DNA of 64,000 nt from an uncultured Chloroflexia bacterium (GTDB lineage Bacteria; Chloroflexota; Anaerolineae; CG2-30-64-16): positions 416,001 to 480,000 of the forward strand of contig CAVZDU010000007.1 of NCBI GenBank assembly GCA_963774265.1, written 5' to 3'. Positions 51,151 through 61,520 of the stretch are shown here, piece after piece; the stretch's first letter is position 1; each line of letters begins with the position of its first letter. The translations under genes and the position numbers were made by a program. The notes under the pieces were generated by a model that did no database searches, was not told the DNA's origin, and saw only the letters and a program-made list of their open reading frames with translations.

Positions 51151-52665
51151 TCAGTCCGCGATCCTCACCCGAACCATGGTCCCATGACCCGGTTGAGATT
51201 CGTAGGTTACGACACCTTCCATCTGTTCCACGAGCATAGCGACGACGTGCACCCCGAGTGAGCCGCCCTGCTCCTGCGAGAACCCCGGTGGCAGCCCAAT
51301 GCCATTATCCCCCACGCTGAGCTCAATCCAATCATCGCTCACATGCAAACAAACTTTCACTTTGCCGGTCCGGCCAAGGCCCACAGGGAATGCGTGCTTG
51401 AGGGCGTTCGAAATCAGTTCATTCACAAGCAGCCCGTAGTGAATAGCGCCTTCCTGCGACACATAGTATCGATCGAGATCGTATTCTATTTCTGTGCCAT
51501 GACCCGCGAGTGCTTCACGCAGTTCTCCGCCCAGCCGGCTGATGTACCCGGCAAGATCAATCTGTGTCACGTCAGAGGCGCCGTAAAGCGCCTCGTGTAC
51601 ACGGGCAACCGAGAGGATTCGGTTCTGTGTGTCACGCAGGATCGCGCGCAGCTGGTCGTGTTCAAGCACCGCGCCCTGCAAGTCCAGCAAGCTGTTCAGG
51701 AGGCTCAGGTTGTTCTTGACTCGATGGTGCACTTCCTGGAGCAGTAGCTCCTTCTCAGCAAGAGAACGCTCCAGCGCCTGCCGCGCCACGATCAGTGCTT
51801 CCTGGGTCTGCTTGAGTTCCGTCAGATCAGCTATTGAATCCAGCACATACTCGTGCCCGGCCTTGGCGGATGTGATTCTGATGAACTTCTCTTCACCGGT
51901 GGTTCGCAGCATATGCCTCTGCTCGACGCTCACTGGTTGTCCGGTTCGGAAACTCCAGCGGATACGTTGAGGAAACTCGGGCGCATGACTAAAGAACTCA
52001 TCCAGATCGGCACCGTCGAACTCCCTCAAATGCCCGTTAGAGAAGTCACGCGCCGAGGAGTTATAGAAGTGCAGGGCGAATTTGTCGTTACCCGTGTGCT
52101 TCCAGACCAGGGTGGGATACGGGATCGCCTGGAAAACGGACCGAAAAAACAATTCACGGTCGCGCAATGCTGCCTTCGAGCGCACCGCGTCGGTGACGTC
52201 GTGTGCCTGCACCGAGTACCCTTGTTCGCCGAGCGACGAGACGGAGCACTCGAGGTGAATGATCCTGGCTGCCTCGGACGGGTCAACGGGGGACCCGTCC
52301 TCCGGATTGGGGCCGTCCAGCGTGACACGCAGGCGTAGCACCTCGCCATCGGCCAGGCGCGCGCACACCTCGGGTGTCCAATAGGCGCCCTCGAACAGGG
52401 CCTTTCGGATTTCCTGCGCAACTGAGGTTGCGCCAGGCATTTTGAGCAGCGCGGTATTGGCCGATACCAGGGCGCCGCTGGGCGAGAAGAGGAAATGCGC
52501 GATTTCCGCGTCCCTGATCAGATACGCGAAATGAGTCTCGCCGGTCGCCTCCAATTCGTTAACGCGGCTCTGCGCCGCAGCGAGTTCGCTGATCAGCTGT
52601 CTGCGCGTCTTGTTCGGTGCTTGAGGCACGGATCGACTTCCTTCTTCCTCACGTCGCTCGTTCAA
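51151..52665 (-). CDS. PAS histidine kinase (HisKA_2 type)
   Basis: EVHHRVKNNL, NELISNALKHAF, DNGIG. Confidence 0.92.
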   Translation of the reverse strand: MNERREEEGSRSVPQAPNKTRRQLISELAAAQSRVNELEATGETHFAYLIRDAEIAHFLFSPSGALVSANTALLKMPGATSVAQEIRKALFEGAYWTPEVCARLADGEVLRLRVTLDGPNPEDGSPVDPSEAARIIHLECSVSSLGEQGYSVQAHDVTDAVRSKAALRDRELFFRSVFQAIPYPTLVWKHTGNDKFALHFYNSSARDFSNGHLREFDGADLDEFFSHAPEFPQRIRWSFRTGQPVSVEQRHMLRTTGEEKFIRITSAKAGHEYVLDSIADLTELKQTQEALIVARQALERSLAEKELLLQEVHHRVKNNLSLLNSLLDLQGAVLEHDQLRAILRDTQNRILSVARVHEALYGASDVTQIDLAGYISRLGGELREALAGHGTEIEYDLDRYYVSQEGAIHYGLLVNELISNALKHAFPVGLGRTGKVKVCLHVSDDWIELSVGDNGIGLPPGFSQEQGGSLGVHVVAMLVEQMEGVVTYESQPGHGTMVRVRIAD

Positions 52666-52711
52666 CGGTCTTCCAGATTATAAGCCTAAGCTGTCAGAAT
52701 TCACAGCGGCA

Positions 52712-52777
52712 CTTAAGCCGGTCTTAAGGTCACCTTGAGAAATCTGTAAAGACGCAGGACCCCGCATGCCCTTTAAT
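52712..52777 (+). promoter_or_regulatory. CTTAAG-box promoter (site 2)
   Basis: CTTAAG at 52712 and 52723, CTTGAG at 52734, TAAAGAC at +35, TTTAAT at +60. Confidence 0.7.
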
Positions 52778-52829
52778 GAGGCTATTCAGTATTGTGGTTT
52801 GTGGAAGTGAGGAAGGACAGGCTTTGGTT

Positions 52830-53835
52830 ATGCATCAACACATCGACCAGAATCCACCGGATGCCGGGTTACGATCCGGCTCTGAACCTCCGCGACCGGT
52901 CATCGTCATGCAAAACGCCAGCAAGCGATTCGGTGACGCGGCCGCGGTTGAGAACTTGAGCTTCACGGTTCACGAGGGCGAGATTTTCGGCTTCATAGGC
53001 CCTTCGGGAAGCGGCAAGACCACAACGATCCGCCTCATGAACGGCACGTATCAACCTACCGATGGCACGGTGACAGTGTTCGGCCAGCCGGCAGACCGGA
53101 TGAAGACGCAGGTGCGGGAACGCATTGGCTACCTGCCGCAGCTTTTCATCTTGTATCCCAACCTGTCGGTCAAAGAGAACATCGATTTCTCAGCATCGTT
53201 GTACGGGATGAGCTGGTTCGGTCGTCGCGGGCGCCGGCGCGAGGTGTTGGAGTTTGTTGAGCTCTGGGACCACCGGGGCAAGCTGGCGCGCGATATTTCG
53301 GGCGGCATGCAGCGCCGGCTGGCCCTGGCGTCATCACTGATCCATGACCCCAAACTCATCTTCCTGGATGAGCCGACCGCCGGCATCGACCCGATATTGC
53401 GTGCCAAGTTCTGGGATGCCTTCCGTGCGTTGAAGGCCCAAGGCCGTTCGCTGTTCGTCACCACCCAGTATGTCACGGAAGCTGAGTACTGCGATCACGT
53501 GGCGGTGCTGGGCCACGGCCGCATCATTGCCGTTGACACGCCTGAGAATCTTCGTTTGCGTGCCTTCGGCGGCGAGATCATCGAGGTGCGCTCGCCGAAA
53601 ATCGGACACGCCACACGCCCCTTGTTCTCCCGGCTTGTAGGGATTCAGTCTATCGACACAAGCGTCGCCGGCCAGGCCCGGCTGGTGGTCGACGATGCAT
53701 CGTCAGCCATGCCGGCAGTCATGGGATCTGCTCCGTGGAGACGGCATGGAGATCGAGGGCCTCGAGCAGTATCGGCCCAACTTTGACGAGGTTTTCGTAC
53801 GCCTGCTGCAGCAGGAAGAGGCCGATCGTGTTTAA
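52830..53835 (+). CDS. ABC-2 exporter ATP-binding protein, frameshift near 53725
   Basis: GPSGSGKTT, ISGGMQRR, LDEPTAGID; corrected C-terminus PNFDEVFVRLL. Confidence 0.92.
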
Positions 53836-55297
53836 GCCCATCATTCGCATATCTTCTTTTCTCAGCAAAGAGATCCGGGAGATCCTCCGCCAGCCATGGT
53901 TGGTTGTCCGCCTGATCCTCGGTCCCTTTTTGATTCTTTTGCTTGTCGGTGTGGGGTACACCAATCAGCCGCGTGAGTTACGCGCGATGTTTGTCGTGCC
54001 GCCCGATGAACCAGAGGTGCCGGCGCTAATCGAGGAATACGCCACCAGCCTGGGAGCACAGCTGAAGTACGCGGGACAAACGGTCAGCCAGGACGAGGCG
54101 TTAACACGGCTCCGCATCGGTCAGGTTGATCTGGTTGTGGTCTTCCCCGCGCGCGCCTATGAGACAGTGCAAAGCGGTTCCCAAGCCGTTCTGCAGTTGT
54201 ATCACAACGAGATCGATCCCGCGCAAGCCGCGTACATCGACCAATTGGGCCGCGTGTACGTGTCAGAGATGAACCGCCGCATCCTGCTGCTATTTGCTGC
54301 AGAAGCCAAGCAGGAGAGCGCGACCGCAAAAACTGATCTGCAGAAGGCCCGCGCTGCTGCAGATACCGCCCGGTCCGCTGCTCAGGCCGGCAACACCGAC
54401 CTCGCTCAAGAAGAACTCCAGCGCGCCACTACATCGATGGATCGCGCGACCGCGCTGCTCGGCGCGACGGCGCTGATCATGGGCGGCCTGGGGCAGGGGC
54501 TGGGTGCAGACCTGAGCACGAGCGCGCAGGCGAGCACCGCTGCAAACGACCAGCCATCGGTAGATCTGCGCTCTCAACAGGCGGATCGCGACCTGGATAA
54601 TCTGGACAAACAACTGGCACGGTTCGAGAGCGTGCCGGCCGACGTGATGGTCTCGCCGCTAACAACGGAGACAAAAAGCATTGCCACTTATACGCCGGCT
54701 TTCGTCACGTTTTACGCGCCGGGCGTGCTTGCGCTGATACTCCAACATGTCGCCATCAGCATCGCATCCCTGGCTCTCGTGCGCGAGAAGGTTTTCGGCG
54801 CCATCGAGCTATTCCGTGTTGCGCCCGTAACGGCATTTGAAATTCTGCTCGGCAAATACGGCAGTTACCTGGCGTTCGTTGGGGTTCTGGCCGTCATCCT
54901 GACCGCGTCCATGGTCTATCTGCTCGGCGTTCCGCTTTTGGGCCAGATTGCCTGGCTGGCGCTGTCGATGGGCCTGTTGATCTTCGCTTCGCTCGGCATC
55001 GGTTTCGCGATCTCGGCCACCTCAGGAACGGACAGTCAGGCCGTACAGTTCTCCATGCTGGTGCTTCTTGCGTCGATGTTCTTCAGTGGGTTTGTGTTCC
55101 CGCTGATGTCGATATTGATCCCAGTTCGCTACCTCGGGTATCTGCTGCCGGTGACTTTCAGCATCCCGAACCTTCAGAACGTGATGCTGAAGGGCATCCC
55201 CCCTTCGGCGACGTACCTGGCGGCCTTGGGTGCGATGGGTGTCGTGTTGTTTGTGTTCTCCTGGTGGCGCTATCGCCGGTCGATGGTGCGGGCGTAA
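53828..55297 (+). CDS. ABC-2 type permease
   Basis: KEIREILR, PG..ALILQH, LVREK..G.IE, FFSGF; TM helices. Confidence 0.9.
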   Translation: MFKPIIRISSFLSKEIREILRQPWLVVRLILGPFLILLLVGVGYTNQPRELRAMFVVPPDEPEVPALIEEYATSLGAQLKYAGQTVSQDEALTRLRIGQVDLVVVFPARAYETVQSGSQAVLQLYHNEIDPAQAAYIDQLGRVYVSEMNRRILLLFAAEAKQESATAKTDLQKARAAADTARSAAQAGNTDLAQEELQRATTSMDRATALLGATALIMGGLGQGLGADLSTSAQASTAANDQPSVDLRSQQADRDLDNLDKQLARFESVPADVMVSPLTTETKSIATYTPAFVTFYAPGVLALILQHVAISIASLALVREKVFGAIELFRVAPVTAFEILLGKYGSYLAFVGVLAVILTASMVYLLGVPLLGQIAWLALSMGLLIFASLGIGFAISATSGTDSQAVQFSMLVLLASMFFSGFVFPLMSILIPVRYLGYLLPVTFSIPNLQNVMLKGIPPSATYLAALGAMGVVLFVFSWWRYRRSMVRA

Positions 55298-55367
55298 TGG
55301 CGTGGATGTCGAGCGATGCGGCAGACGGAAGTGTGTTGTATCTGTCGATCAGCCGGCGGCCCGACGC

Positions 55368-55433
55368 CTTAAGATGCTCTTAAGTTGGAAGGTAGCTGAG
55401 GTTAAGGACAGAGTCAAGTCCCCATGATATCCT
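55368..55433 (+). promoter_or_regulatory. CTTAAG-box promoter (site 3)
   Basis: CTTAAG at 55368 and 55379, TAAGGAC at +35, TGnTATCCT with the hexamer at +60. Confidence 0.7.
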
Positions 55434-55480
55434 GATTGTAGTTTATGAGTTTATGAGTTTATGATTGAAGGAGTTGAGAG

Positions 55481-55906
55481 ATGGCTAAGCGTAAGGATAC
55501 TGACGTGAAGAATGTGATGCGAGATGTCGAGGGTGCTGTGAATGAGACGGTGCGGACATTTGAGGATGTGGCTGGAGAGGTGGTGGCCGCGAGCGACGAT
55601 GTAGTGTCCAGGAAGCTGGACAGCCTGATTCGAGCGGTCGATGCGGTCAAGGCTGCTGCCGAGGAGTTTGGTCTGAAGGCGGGCTCTGCGAGCGCTGTCC
55701 TGACCGCTAAAGCCGGCAAGGTCACCTCGGACATCGGGTCCAGGGCTGCCAGCGTCACAGACACTGTCGGAACCAGGGCCACGGAGGTTGGCGCCAAAGC
55801 CAGCAAACGGGTTCAGGATCAGCCCTGGATCGTGGCGCTCATGGCTTTCATGCTGGTTGTGATCGTTGGCATCTCTTTCGGACGTCGTTACCTGGCTGAA
55901 GCCTAA
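55481..55906 (+). CDS. hypothetical tail-anchored helical protein (ElaB/DUF883-like)
   Basis: AGGAG RBS, amphipathic Ala-rich repeats, VQDQPW before a C-terminal TM helix and RR. Confidence 0.65.
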   Translation: MAKRKDTDVKNVMRDVEGAVNETVRTFEDVAGEVVAASDDVVSRKLDSLIRAVDAVKAAAEEFGLKAGSASAVLTAKAGKVTSDIGSRAASVTDTVGTRATEVGAKASKRVQDQPWIVALMAFMLVVIVGISFGRRYLAEA

Positions 55907-55931
55907 GCCGGTATTGCGAGTCGAGGTTCAC

Positions 55932-57793
55932 ATGGCAGAGAAGAAGAAGCATCCGCAACCGGCCAGTGTGCCGGGTATGGGCGCAATGATCCATGAAGAC
56001 GGTATATCGTTCCGCGTTTGGGCTCCCCATGCCAGCAGTGTCGCGGTGGCAGGCGATTTCAATAAGTGGTCTGCGACCGCTAACCTTCTTGCGAGTGAGG
56101 GGAACGGGTACTGGTCTGCCGATGTGCCGGACGCAAAGCCAGGCCAGGAGTACCGTTATCGACTGAAGAACGGCAAAAACGAGCTGTGGCGTCTGGATCC
56201 TTATGCCCGAGCGTTGACGAATTCGGTCGGAAACAGCATCATCGTCGATCGGTCCTATGAATGGTCGGATGGCGGTTTCAAGATGCCGCCCTGGAATGAG
56301 CTGGTCATCTACGAGATGCACGTTGGAAGTTTCAATGCGAAAGAGCAGGGCAAACCGGGGACCTTCGACGCCGCAATCGAGAAACTGGATTACCTGGCTG
56401 AGTTGGGCATCAATGCCATCGAAGTCATGCCGCCCACCGAGTTTCCAGGCGGATATTCCTGGGGCTACAATCCTGCGCATCCCTTTGCGGTGGAAAGTGA
56501 ATATGGTGGCCCGTTCGGCCTGAAGCGATTTGTCGATGAGGCGCATAAGCGAGGCATCGCGGTCATTCTCGACGTCGTCTACAACCATGTCGGCCCGAGC
56601 GATAATAGCCTGTGGCAATTCGACGGCTGGAGCGAAAACGATGGTGGCGGCATCTATTTCTACAACGACTGGCGCGCCGAAACGCCCTGGGGAAACACGC
56701 GACCTGACTATGGCCGGCCTGAAGTGCGGCAGTACTTCCGCGACAACGCATTGATGTGGCTCGAGGAGTATCACTGCGACGGCCTGCGCTTCGATGCCAC
56801 GGCCTATGTACGGAATGTGCACGGCCACGACACCGGGGAGCATCCTGAGGATGACCTGCCGGATGGCTGGAGCCTCATGCAGTGGCTGAACGAGGAGATT
56901 CAGGCCCGGCAGCCCTGGAAGTTTACGGTCGCCGAGGATAGTAAGGGCAACGCGTGGATGACCAAGGACATCGGTGCGGGTGGCGCCGGTTTTAGTTCAC
57001 AGTGGGATCCGCGGTTCGTCAATATCGTGCGCGGCGCTATTGTGGGCACGGCTGACGAGCACCGGGACATGGATGCGATCAAGGCAGCAATCGAAAGCCG
57101 GATCGGCGATGACGCGTTTCGCGCATCATCTTTACCGAGTCACATGACGAAGACGCCAATGGCAAGGCGCGGGTGCCGGAAGAGATTTCACCGGGTGACG
57201 CTGAAAGCTGGTATCCCAAGAAACGATCCACGCTCGGCGCCGCGTTGGTGATGACTTCGCCCGGCGTGCCCATGATCTTCCAGGGCCAGGAGATGCTGGA
57301 GGATCGGTGGTTTCATGAGCAGGACCCATTGGACTGGTCGCGATTCGATGAGCATCAGGGCATCATCCAGATGTACACGGATCTCTTCAAGCTGCGACGC
57401 AACTGGCACGACACCACGGCTGGGCTGACTGGCGAGCACGTTCAGGTGCATCACGCCAACACTGCAGAGAACGTAGTGGCGTTTCATCGTTGGAAGGATG
57501 GCGGACCCGGGGACAGTGTGATCGTCGTCCTGTCCTTCTCGAACGCCAGCCGCGGTCTTTACACGATCGGCTTCCCGGCGGGCGGCCCCTGGCGGGTCCG
57601 CTTCAACAGCGACTGGCAGGGCTACGATCCGGACTTCGGGCTGCAAGACGTGTTCGATATTGAAGCGGTCGAAGGTGAATACGATGGCATGCCGTTCAAC
57701 GGCCCGGTCGCGCTGGGACCTTACGGCGCCGTCATCCTCTCTCAGGATCGACCGGTCCAGCAGGTGGGCGATGAGCCGAAGCCTGCGCCTTAA
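55932..57793 (+). CDS. GH13 alpha-amylase family with CBM48 (branching enzyme/TreZ-like), frameshift near 57122
   Basis: FRVWAPHA, DPYAR, IYEMHVGSF, WGYNP, DVVYNH, DGLRFDA, AED, ESHDE in the corrected frame, FQGQE. Confidence 0.92.
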
Positions 57794-57854
57794 GGGCGTC
57801 TTAAGTTTCTCTTGAGTTGGCACTAAAGACGCCACGAGCCGAATATGGTAGGCT
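57789..57854 (+). promoter_or_regulatory. CTTAAG-box promoter (site 4)
   Basis: CTTAAG at 57789 and 57800, CTTGAG at 57811, TAAAGAC at +35, TGnTAGGCT with the hexamer at +60. Confidence 0.7.
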
Positions 57855-57906
57855 TGTGGCGTCTTTGTTTGAGTTGTAGTGAAGTCGTATTGAGGAGTGG
57901 ATTGAG

Positions 57907-58587
57907 ATGGTGCAGACGGATGAGAACGCTTTGGTTGAGGCAGCACAACGCGGAGACCTGTCCGCTTTCAATGTCTTGCTCTCGGCTTATCAACAGCCGG
58001 CTTACCAGGTTGCACACCGCATCCTGGGCGATGCGGACAGCGCGGCCGATGCGGTGCAAGACAGTCTCATAAAGGTCTACGATCGGATCCATCAGTTTCG
58101 CGGCGGCTCATTCAAGGCATGGCTGTGTCGCGTCGTGATCAATACATGCTACGACAGGCTGCGCGGCGAGCGCCGGCGTCGCACAAGTCAACTGGACGAT
58201 GATGAGATCCTGCCTGAGCATGATCTTCGATTGATGGATGCGAACCCGACGCCGCACGATCAAGCCGAGTCGAGCGAGCTGATGGCCGCGATGATGGCCG
58301 ACATCCGCAAGCTGCCGCCGGAGCAGCAACGGGTCCTGTTGATGTGCGACGTCGAAGGGTTGGCTTATCATGAGGCCGCCTTTCGAACTGGTTCGAACCT
58401 GGGCACAGTCAAATCCCGGTTGAGCCGGGCGCGCGCCAAAATGCGCGATGCACTGACAAGAAACGGCATTGTCCCGCCCGCGTGCTATACTGCCCCGAAT
58501 AATCAGCGTGCATCCAATACCGGAGGCATCCATGAAGGCTCTCTACTTCACGGAACATGGCGGGCCGGAAGTCATACGTTACGGTGA
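57907..58587 (+). CDS. ECF sigma-70 factor
   Basis: GDLSAFN, DAVQD, FKAWL, GTVKSRLSRAR. Confidence 0.93.
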   Translation: MVQTDENALVEAAQRGDLSAFNVLLSAYQQPAYQVAHRILGDADSAADAVQDSLIKVYDRIHQFRGGSFKAWLCRVVINTCYDRLRGERRRRTSQLDDDEILPEHDLRLMDANPTPHDQAESSELMAAMMADIRKLPPEQQRVLLMCDVEGLAYHEAAFRTGSNLGTVKSRLSRARAKMRDALTRNGIVPPACYTAPNNQRASNTGGIHEGSLLHGTWRAGSHTLR

Positions 58588-59563
58588 GCTTCCCGATCCG
58601 ACGGCCGGGTCTGGGCAAGCGCTGGTCCACGTCAAAGCCGTCGCTCTCAACCGCGTGGATCTGTGGGTGCGTCGTGGGGGTCCGGCATTCGAAAAGCTGC
58701 CCAAGCCGCATGTGGGTGGCGCGGATGTGGCCGGGATCGTCGCAGGTTATGGCAGTGATGCCGGCGGGCCTCCCCTGGGTCCGCGCGTCGTCGTTGATCC
58801 GGGCGTTCTGACCGGCGAGGACGAGTGGACGCGGCGGGGCGAGGACAGCCTCAGCCCGCACTATCACATCCTGGGTGAGGATGTGTGGGGCGGCTGCGCC
58901 GAGACCGTTGCCGTGCCGGCGCGCAACCTGCTTGCCATGCCCGATGATTTCGATTTCGCCGAGGCGGCTGCCCCCTTATTGGTCTATTTGACCGCCTGGC
59001 GAATGCTGGTCAGGCGCGCCGCACTCGGCGCAGGCGAGACGGTGGCAATCGTCGGCGCGGGCGGCGGGGTGAACAGCGCCGCCATCCAAATCGCCAAGTA
59101 CGTCGGCGCCACCGTTTACGCGATCACCTCCACGGCTGAAAAGATGGCGCGCGCACAGGCGCTGGGCGCAGATTTCGCCATTAACTACAAGCAGGAAGAC
59201 TGGTCAAAGGCCGTGTTCGTCGCCACAGGCAAGCGGGGCGTGGATGTTGTGGTCGATAACGTCGGCGCGCCCACCTGGACCCCGAGCATCCGGGCCTTGG
59301 CGCGGGGTGGCAGGCTGGTCAATGTTGGCGGCACCGGTGGGCCCGTGGTGGAGATGGATTTGCGACTTGTGTTTCGCAAGCAGATCAGCATCCTCGGCAG
59401 CACGATGGGCAGCCACAACGATTTCCGGGAGGTCATGGATCTCATCTGGCAGCGCAAGCTGGCCCCGGTGATCGATCGGATCATGCCTCTCAGTGAAGGT
59501 CGGGCTGCCCATGAACGCCTCGAAAGGGGCGATCAGTTCGGAAAAATCGTCCTGACGCCCTAA
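58532..59563 (+). CDS. zinc-binding dehydrogenase / quinone oxidoreductase (MDR family)
   Basis: HGGPEV, NRVD, GAGGGV, GVDVVVD, GKIVL; GGAGG RBS. Confidence 0.93.
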   Translation: MKALYFTEHGGPEVIRYGELPDPTAGSGQALVHVKAVALNRVDLWVRRGGPAFEKLPKPHVGGADVAGIVAGYGSDAGGPPLGPRVVVDPGVLTGEDEWTRRGEDSLSPHYHILGEDVWGGCAETVAVPARNLLAMPDDFDFAEAAAPLLVYLTAWRMLVRRAALGAGETVAIVGAGGGVNSAAIQIAKYVGATVYAITSTAEKMARAQALGADFAINYKQEDWSKAVFVATGKRGVDVVVDNVGAPTWTPSIRALARGGRLVNVGGTGGPVVEMDLRLVFRKQISILGSTMGSHNDFREVMDLIWQRKLAPVIDRIMPLSEGRAAHERLERGDQFGKIVLTP

Positions 59564-59591
59564 TCACCGCCATCAACGCGGCGCCCGGTTA

Positions 59592-59640
59592 AAGTGCCGG
59601 GCACTTGCGATCCTTCGGATCGTTTAAGTGCCCGGCACTT
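59592..59640. repeat. REP-like palindrome between convergent genes
   Basis: AAGTGCCGGGCACTT-GCGATCCTTCGGATCG-TTT-AAGTGCCCGGCACTT. Confidence 0.85.
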
Positions 59641-59662
59641 GATCAAACCGCGGCGCCATCGT

Positions 59663-60655
59663 TCAGGTCAGTCGCGCGCTCAGTTTCTCCAGCATATCCT
59701 CGACCATCGCGGACAGGCCGAACTTCGGCTGCCAGCCCCACTCCTCCCTGGCCGCGGAGTCGTCGATCGTCCGTGGCCATGAGTCCGCGATCTGCTGACG
59801 GAAGTCGGGCTTGTACTCAATCTCGAAGTCCGGCAGGTGTTTGCGGATTTCAGCGGCAAGCTCCCCAGCCGAAAAGGTGAGTGCGGCCAGGTTGTATTCT
59901 GCCGCATGTTTTAGCTGGGTCGCATCCGCTTCCATCACCATTAGCGTTGCCCGGATGCAGTCGGGCATATAGATCATGGGGAGGACAGTGTCCTCACGCA
60001 CGAAGCACGAGTATCTGCCGCGCTGGATTGCCTCATAGAAGATCTCGACCGCATAGTCAGTCGTGCCGCCACCGGGCGGCGTCTCGCTCGAAATGACACC
60101 GGGATAGCGGATGCCGCGCACATCCAGCCCATACCGCCGATGATAGTACGCGCCGAGCATCTCGCCCGAGACCTTGGTGAGGCCGTACATGGTTGTCGGT
60201 CGCAACACGGTGTCCTGGGGAGTGCCATCTTTGGGGGTCTCCGGCCCGAATACCGCGATCGACGAGGGATTATAGATGCGGGCAACACCTTCTGCGCGCG
60301 CAACCTCCAGGACATTGTACCAGCCCCCGATATTCACTTGCCATGCCAGCCGGGGCTTCTCCTCGCCCGTGGCCGAGAGAATGGCAGCCAGGTGATAGAT
60401 GGTGTCGATCCGGTGCTTGCGCACAAGATCCGCCAGCGCATCTCGGTCGGTCACATCGAGCCGTTCCGCCGGGCCGCCTGCGATCAGGTGGGCAGGCAGC
60501 GGCTGAACATCGGTGACAACCACTTTGTCGCCCCCGTGGAGCGTTCGCAGCGCCGTGGCCAGCTCGGTGCCGATTTGGCCGCCCGCGCCGGTGACGAGGA
60601 TGCGGCGATGTTGCGATTCCTGTAATCGCTGCATCGCATCTTCTGATGATGGCAT
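59663..60655 (-). CDS. SDR-type L-threonine 3-dehydrogenase (NAD-dependent epimerase family)
   Basis: GAGGQIG, LSATGE, PSSIAVFG, YGLTK, PGGGTTDYAV, QIADSWP. Confidence 0.9.
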   Translation of the reverse strand: MPSSEDAMQRLQESQHRRILVTGAGGQIGTELATALRTLHGGDKVVVTDVQPLPAHLIAGGPAERLDVTDRDALADLVRKHRIDTIYHLAAILSATGEEKPRLAWQVNIGGWYNVLEVARAEGVARIYNPSSIAVFGPETPKDGTPQDTVLRPTTMYGLTKVSGEMLGAYYHRRYGLDVRGIRYPGVISSETPPGGGTTDYAVEIFYEAIQRGRYSCFVREDTVLPMIYMPDCIRATLMVMEADATQLKHAAEYNLAALTFSAGELAAEIRKHLPDFEIEYKPDFRQQIADSWPRTIDDSAAREEWGWQPKFGLSAMVEDMLEKLSARLT

Positions 60656-60659
60656 AGGA

Positions 60660-61502
60660 TCAACTCCGTGATGATCGCGATGCAAATGCCTCGAAGGGCG
60701 GGACTGCCGGAGCGCTCACCGTGCCCACGAGGCCTAACGCTGGTTCCTCATCCGAACGCGCCAGCTGGTTGAAGCCGAGTCCGCCGGCCGTCTCACTGTC
60801 GAAGCCGCGCGTGCGCCCCAGGCAGATGGCCACCGGACTGCCCAGTGCCTTGCTCCAGAACTTGACGGTCGCCAGGCGGGTGGCTGCTTCCACTCTCATC
60901 CCGGTCTCGCCTATCAGTGGCAGCAGCGGGTGGAATCCATAAAGCAGCCGGTTCAGGAAATCGGCCAGGCGGCGGTCGGGGCGGTCGATCTCGTTCGCAG
61001 GCGCAAACAGGTCGAGCATGGCGGCAGTCCACCCGTAGATGCCCTGTGCCCCGCGCAGCAGGTCCAGAGATGATTCGTACTTGCTGCGATAGGATAACCG
61101 CGCCTGCGCCAGACCGGTCTTCACGAGATGGGCGACCTTGCCCGGATCCCACTCATCTTTGAGCACGAAGTCGAGCACGCTCCATTCACGCAGCGCGGTG
61201 ATGGCGGTGCTCACATCTGCGTGTCCCGTCGCAATGACCACAGATGTCCCCTCATCCAGGCCGACGATCTTCTGCACGAGCCGCTTGCCCTCCAACTCGC
61301 GCTGATCCTCTTTGAGGCGCAGGTCGACGAAGGCCAGGTGAAAGTGCTGCCGGTCAAGCAGCGCATCGGCTTCTTCATAGGAGCCGGCAACGTGCAGGGC
61401 AGCGCTCCCCGGCGGCGCAGCGTCAGACGCCTGAATGCTCTCGCTCAGGAGCTCCTGCCAGGATGGGTCGTCGTCGATGACGAGAATACGATCGGGTAGC
61501 AT
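60660..61502 (-). CDS. response regulator with unrecognised C-terminal domain
   Basis: VIDDD, VDLRL, ATG, LK receiver residues. Confidence 0.8.
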   Translation of the reverse strand: MLPDRILVIDDDPSWQELLSESIQASDAAPPGSAALHVAGSYEEADALLDRQHFHLAFVDLRLKEDQRELEGKRLVQKIVGLDEGTSVVIATGHADVSTAITALREWSVLDFVLKDEWDPGKVAHLVKTGLAQARLSYRSKYESSLDLLRGAQGIYGWTAAMLDLFAPANEIDRPDRRLADFLNRLLYGFHPLLPLIGETGMRVEAATRLATVKFWSKALGSPVAICLGRTRGFDSETAGGLGFNQLARSDEEPALGLVGTVSAPAVPPFEAFASRSSRS

Positions 61503-61520
61503 GACTCTGTCGTCCTCCTG

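Noticed and set aside
820-57130. Programmed frameshifting or mass pseudogenisation
   Set aside because: No slippery sites, no additional decay, and a shared CGCG context; sequencing error is more parsimonious
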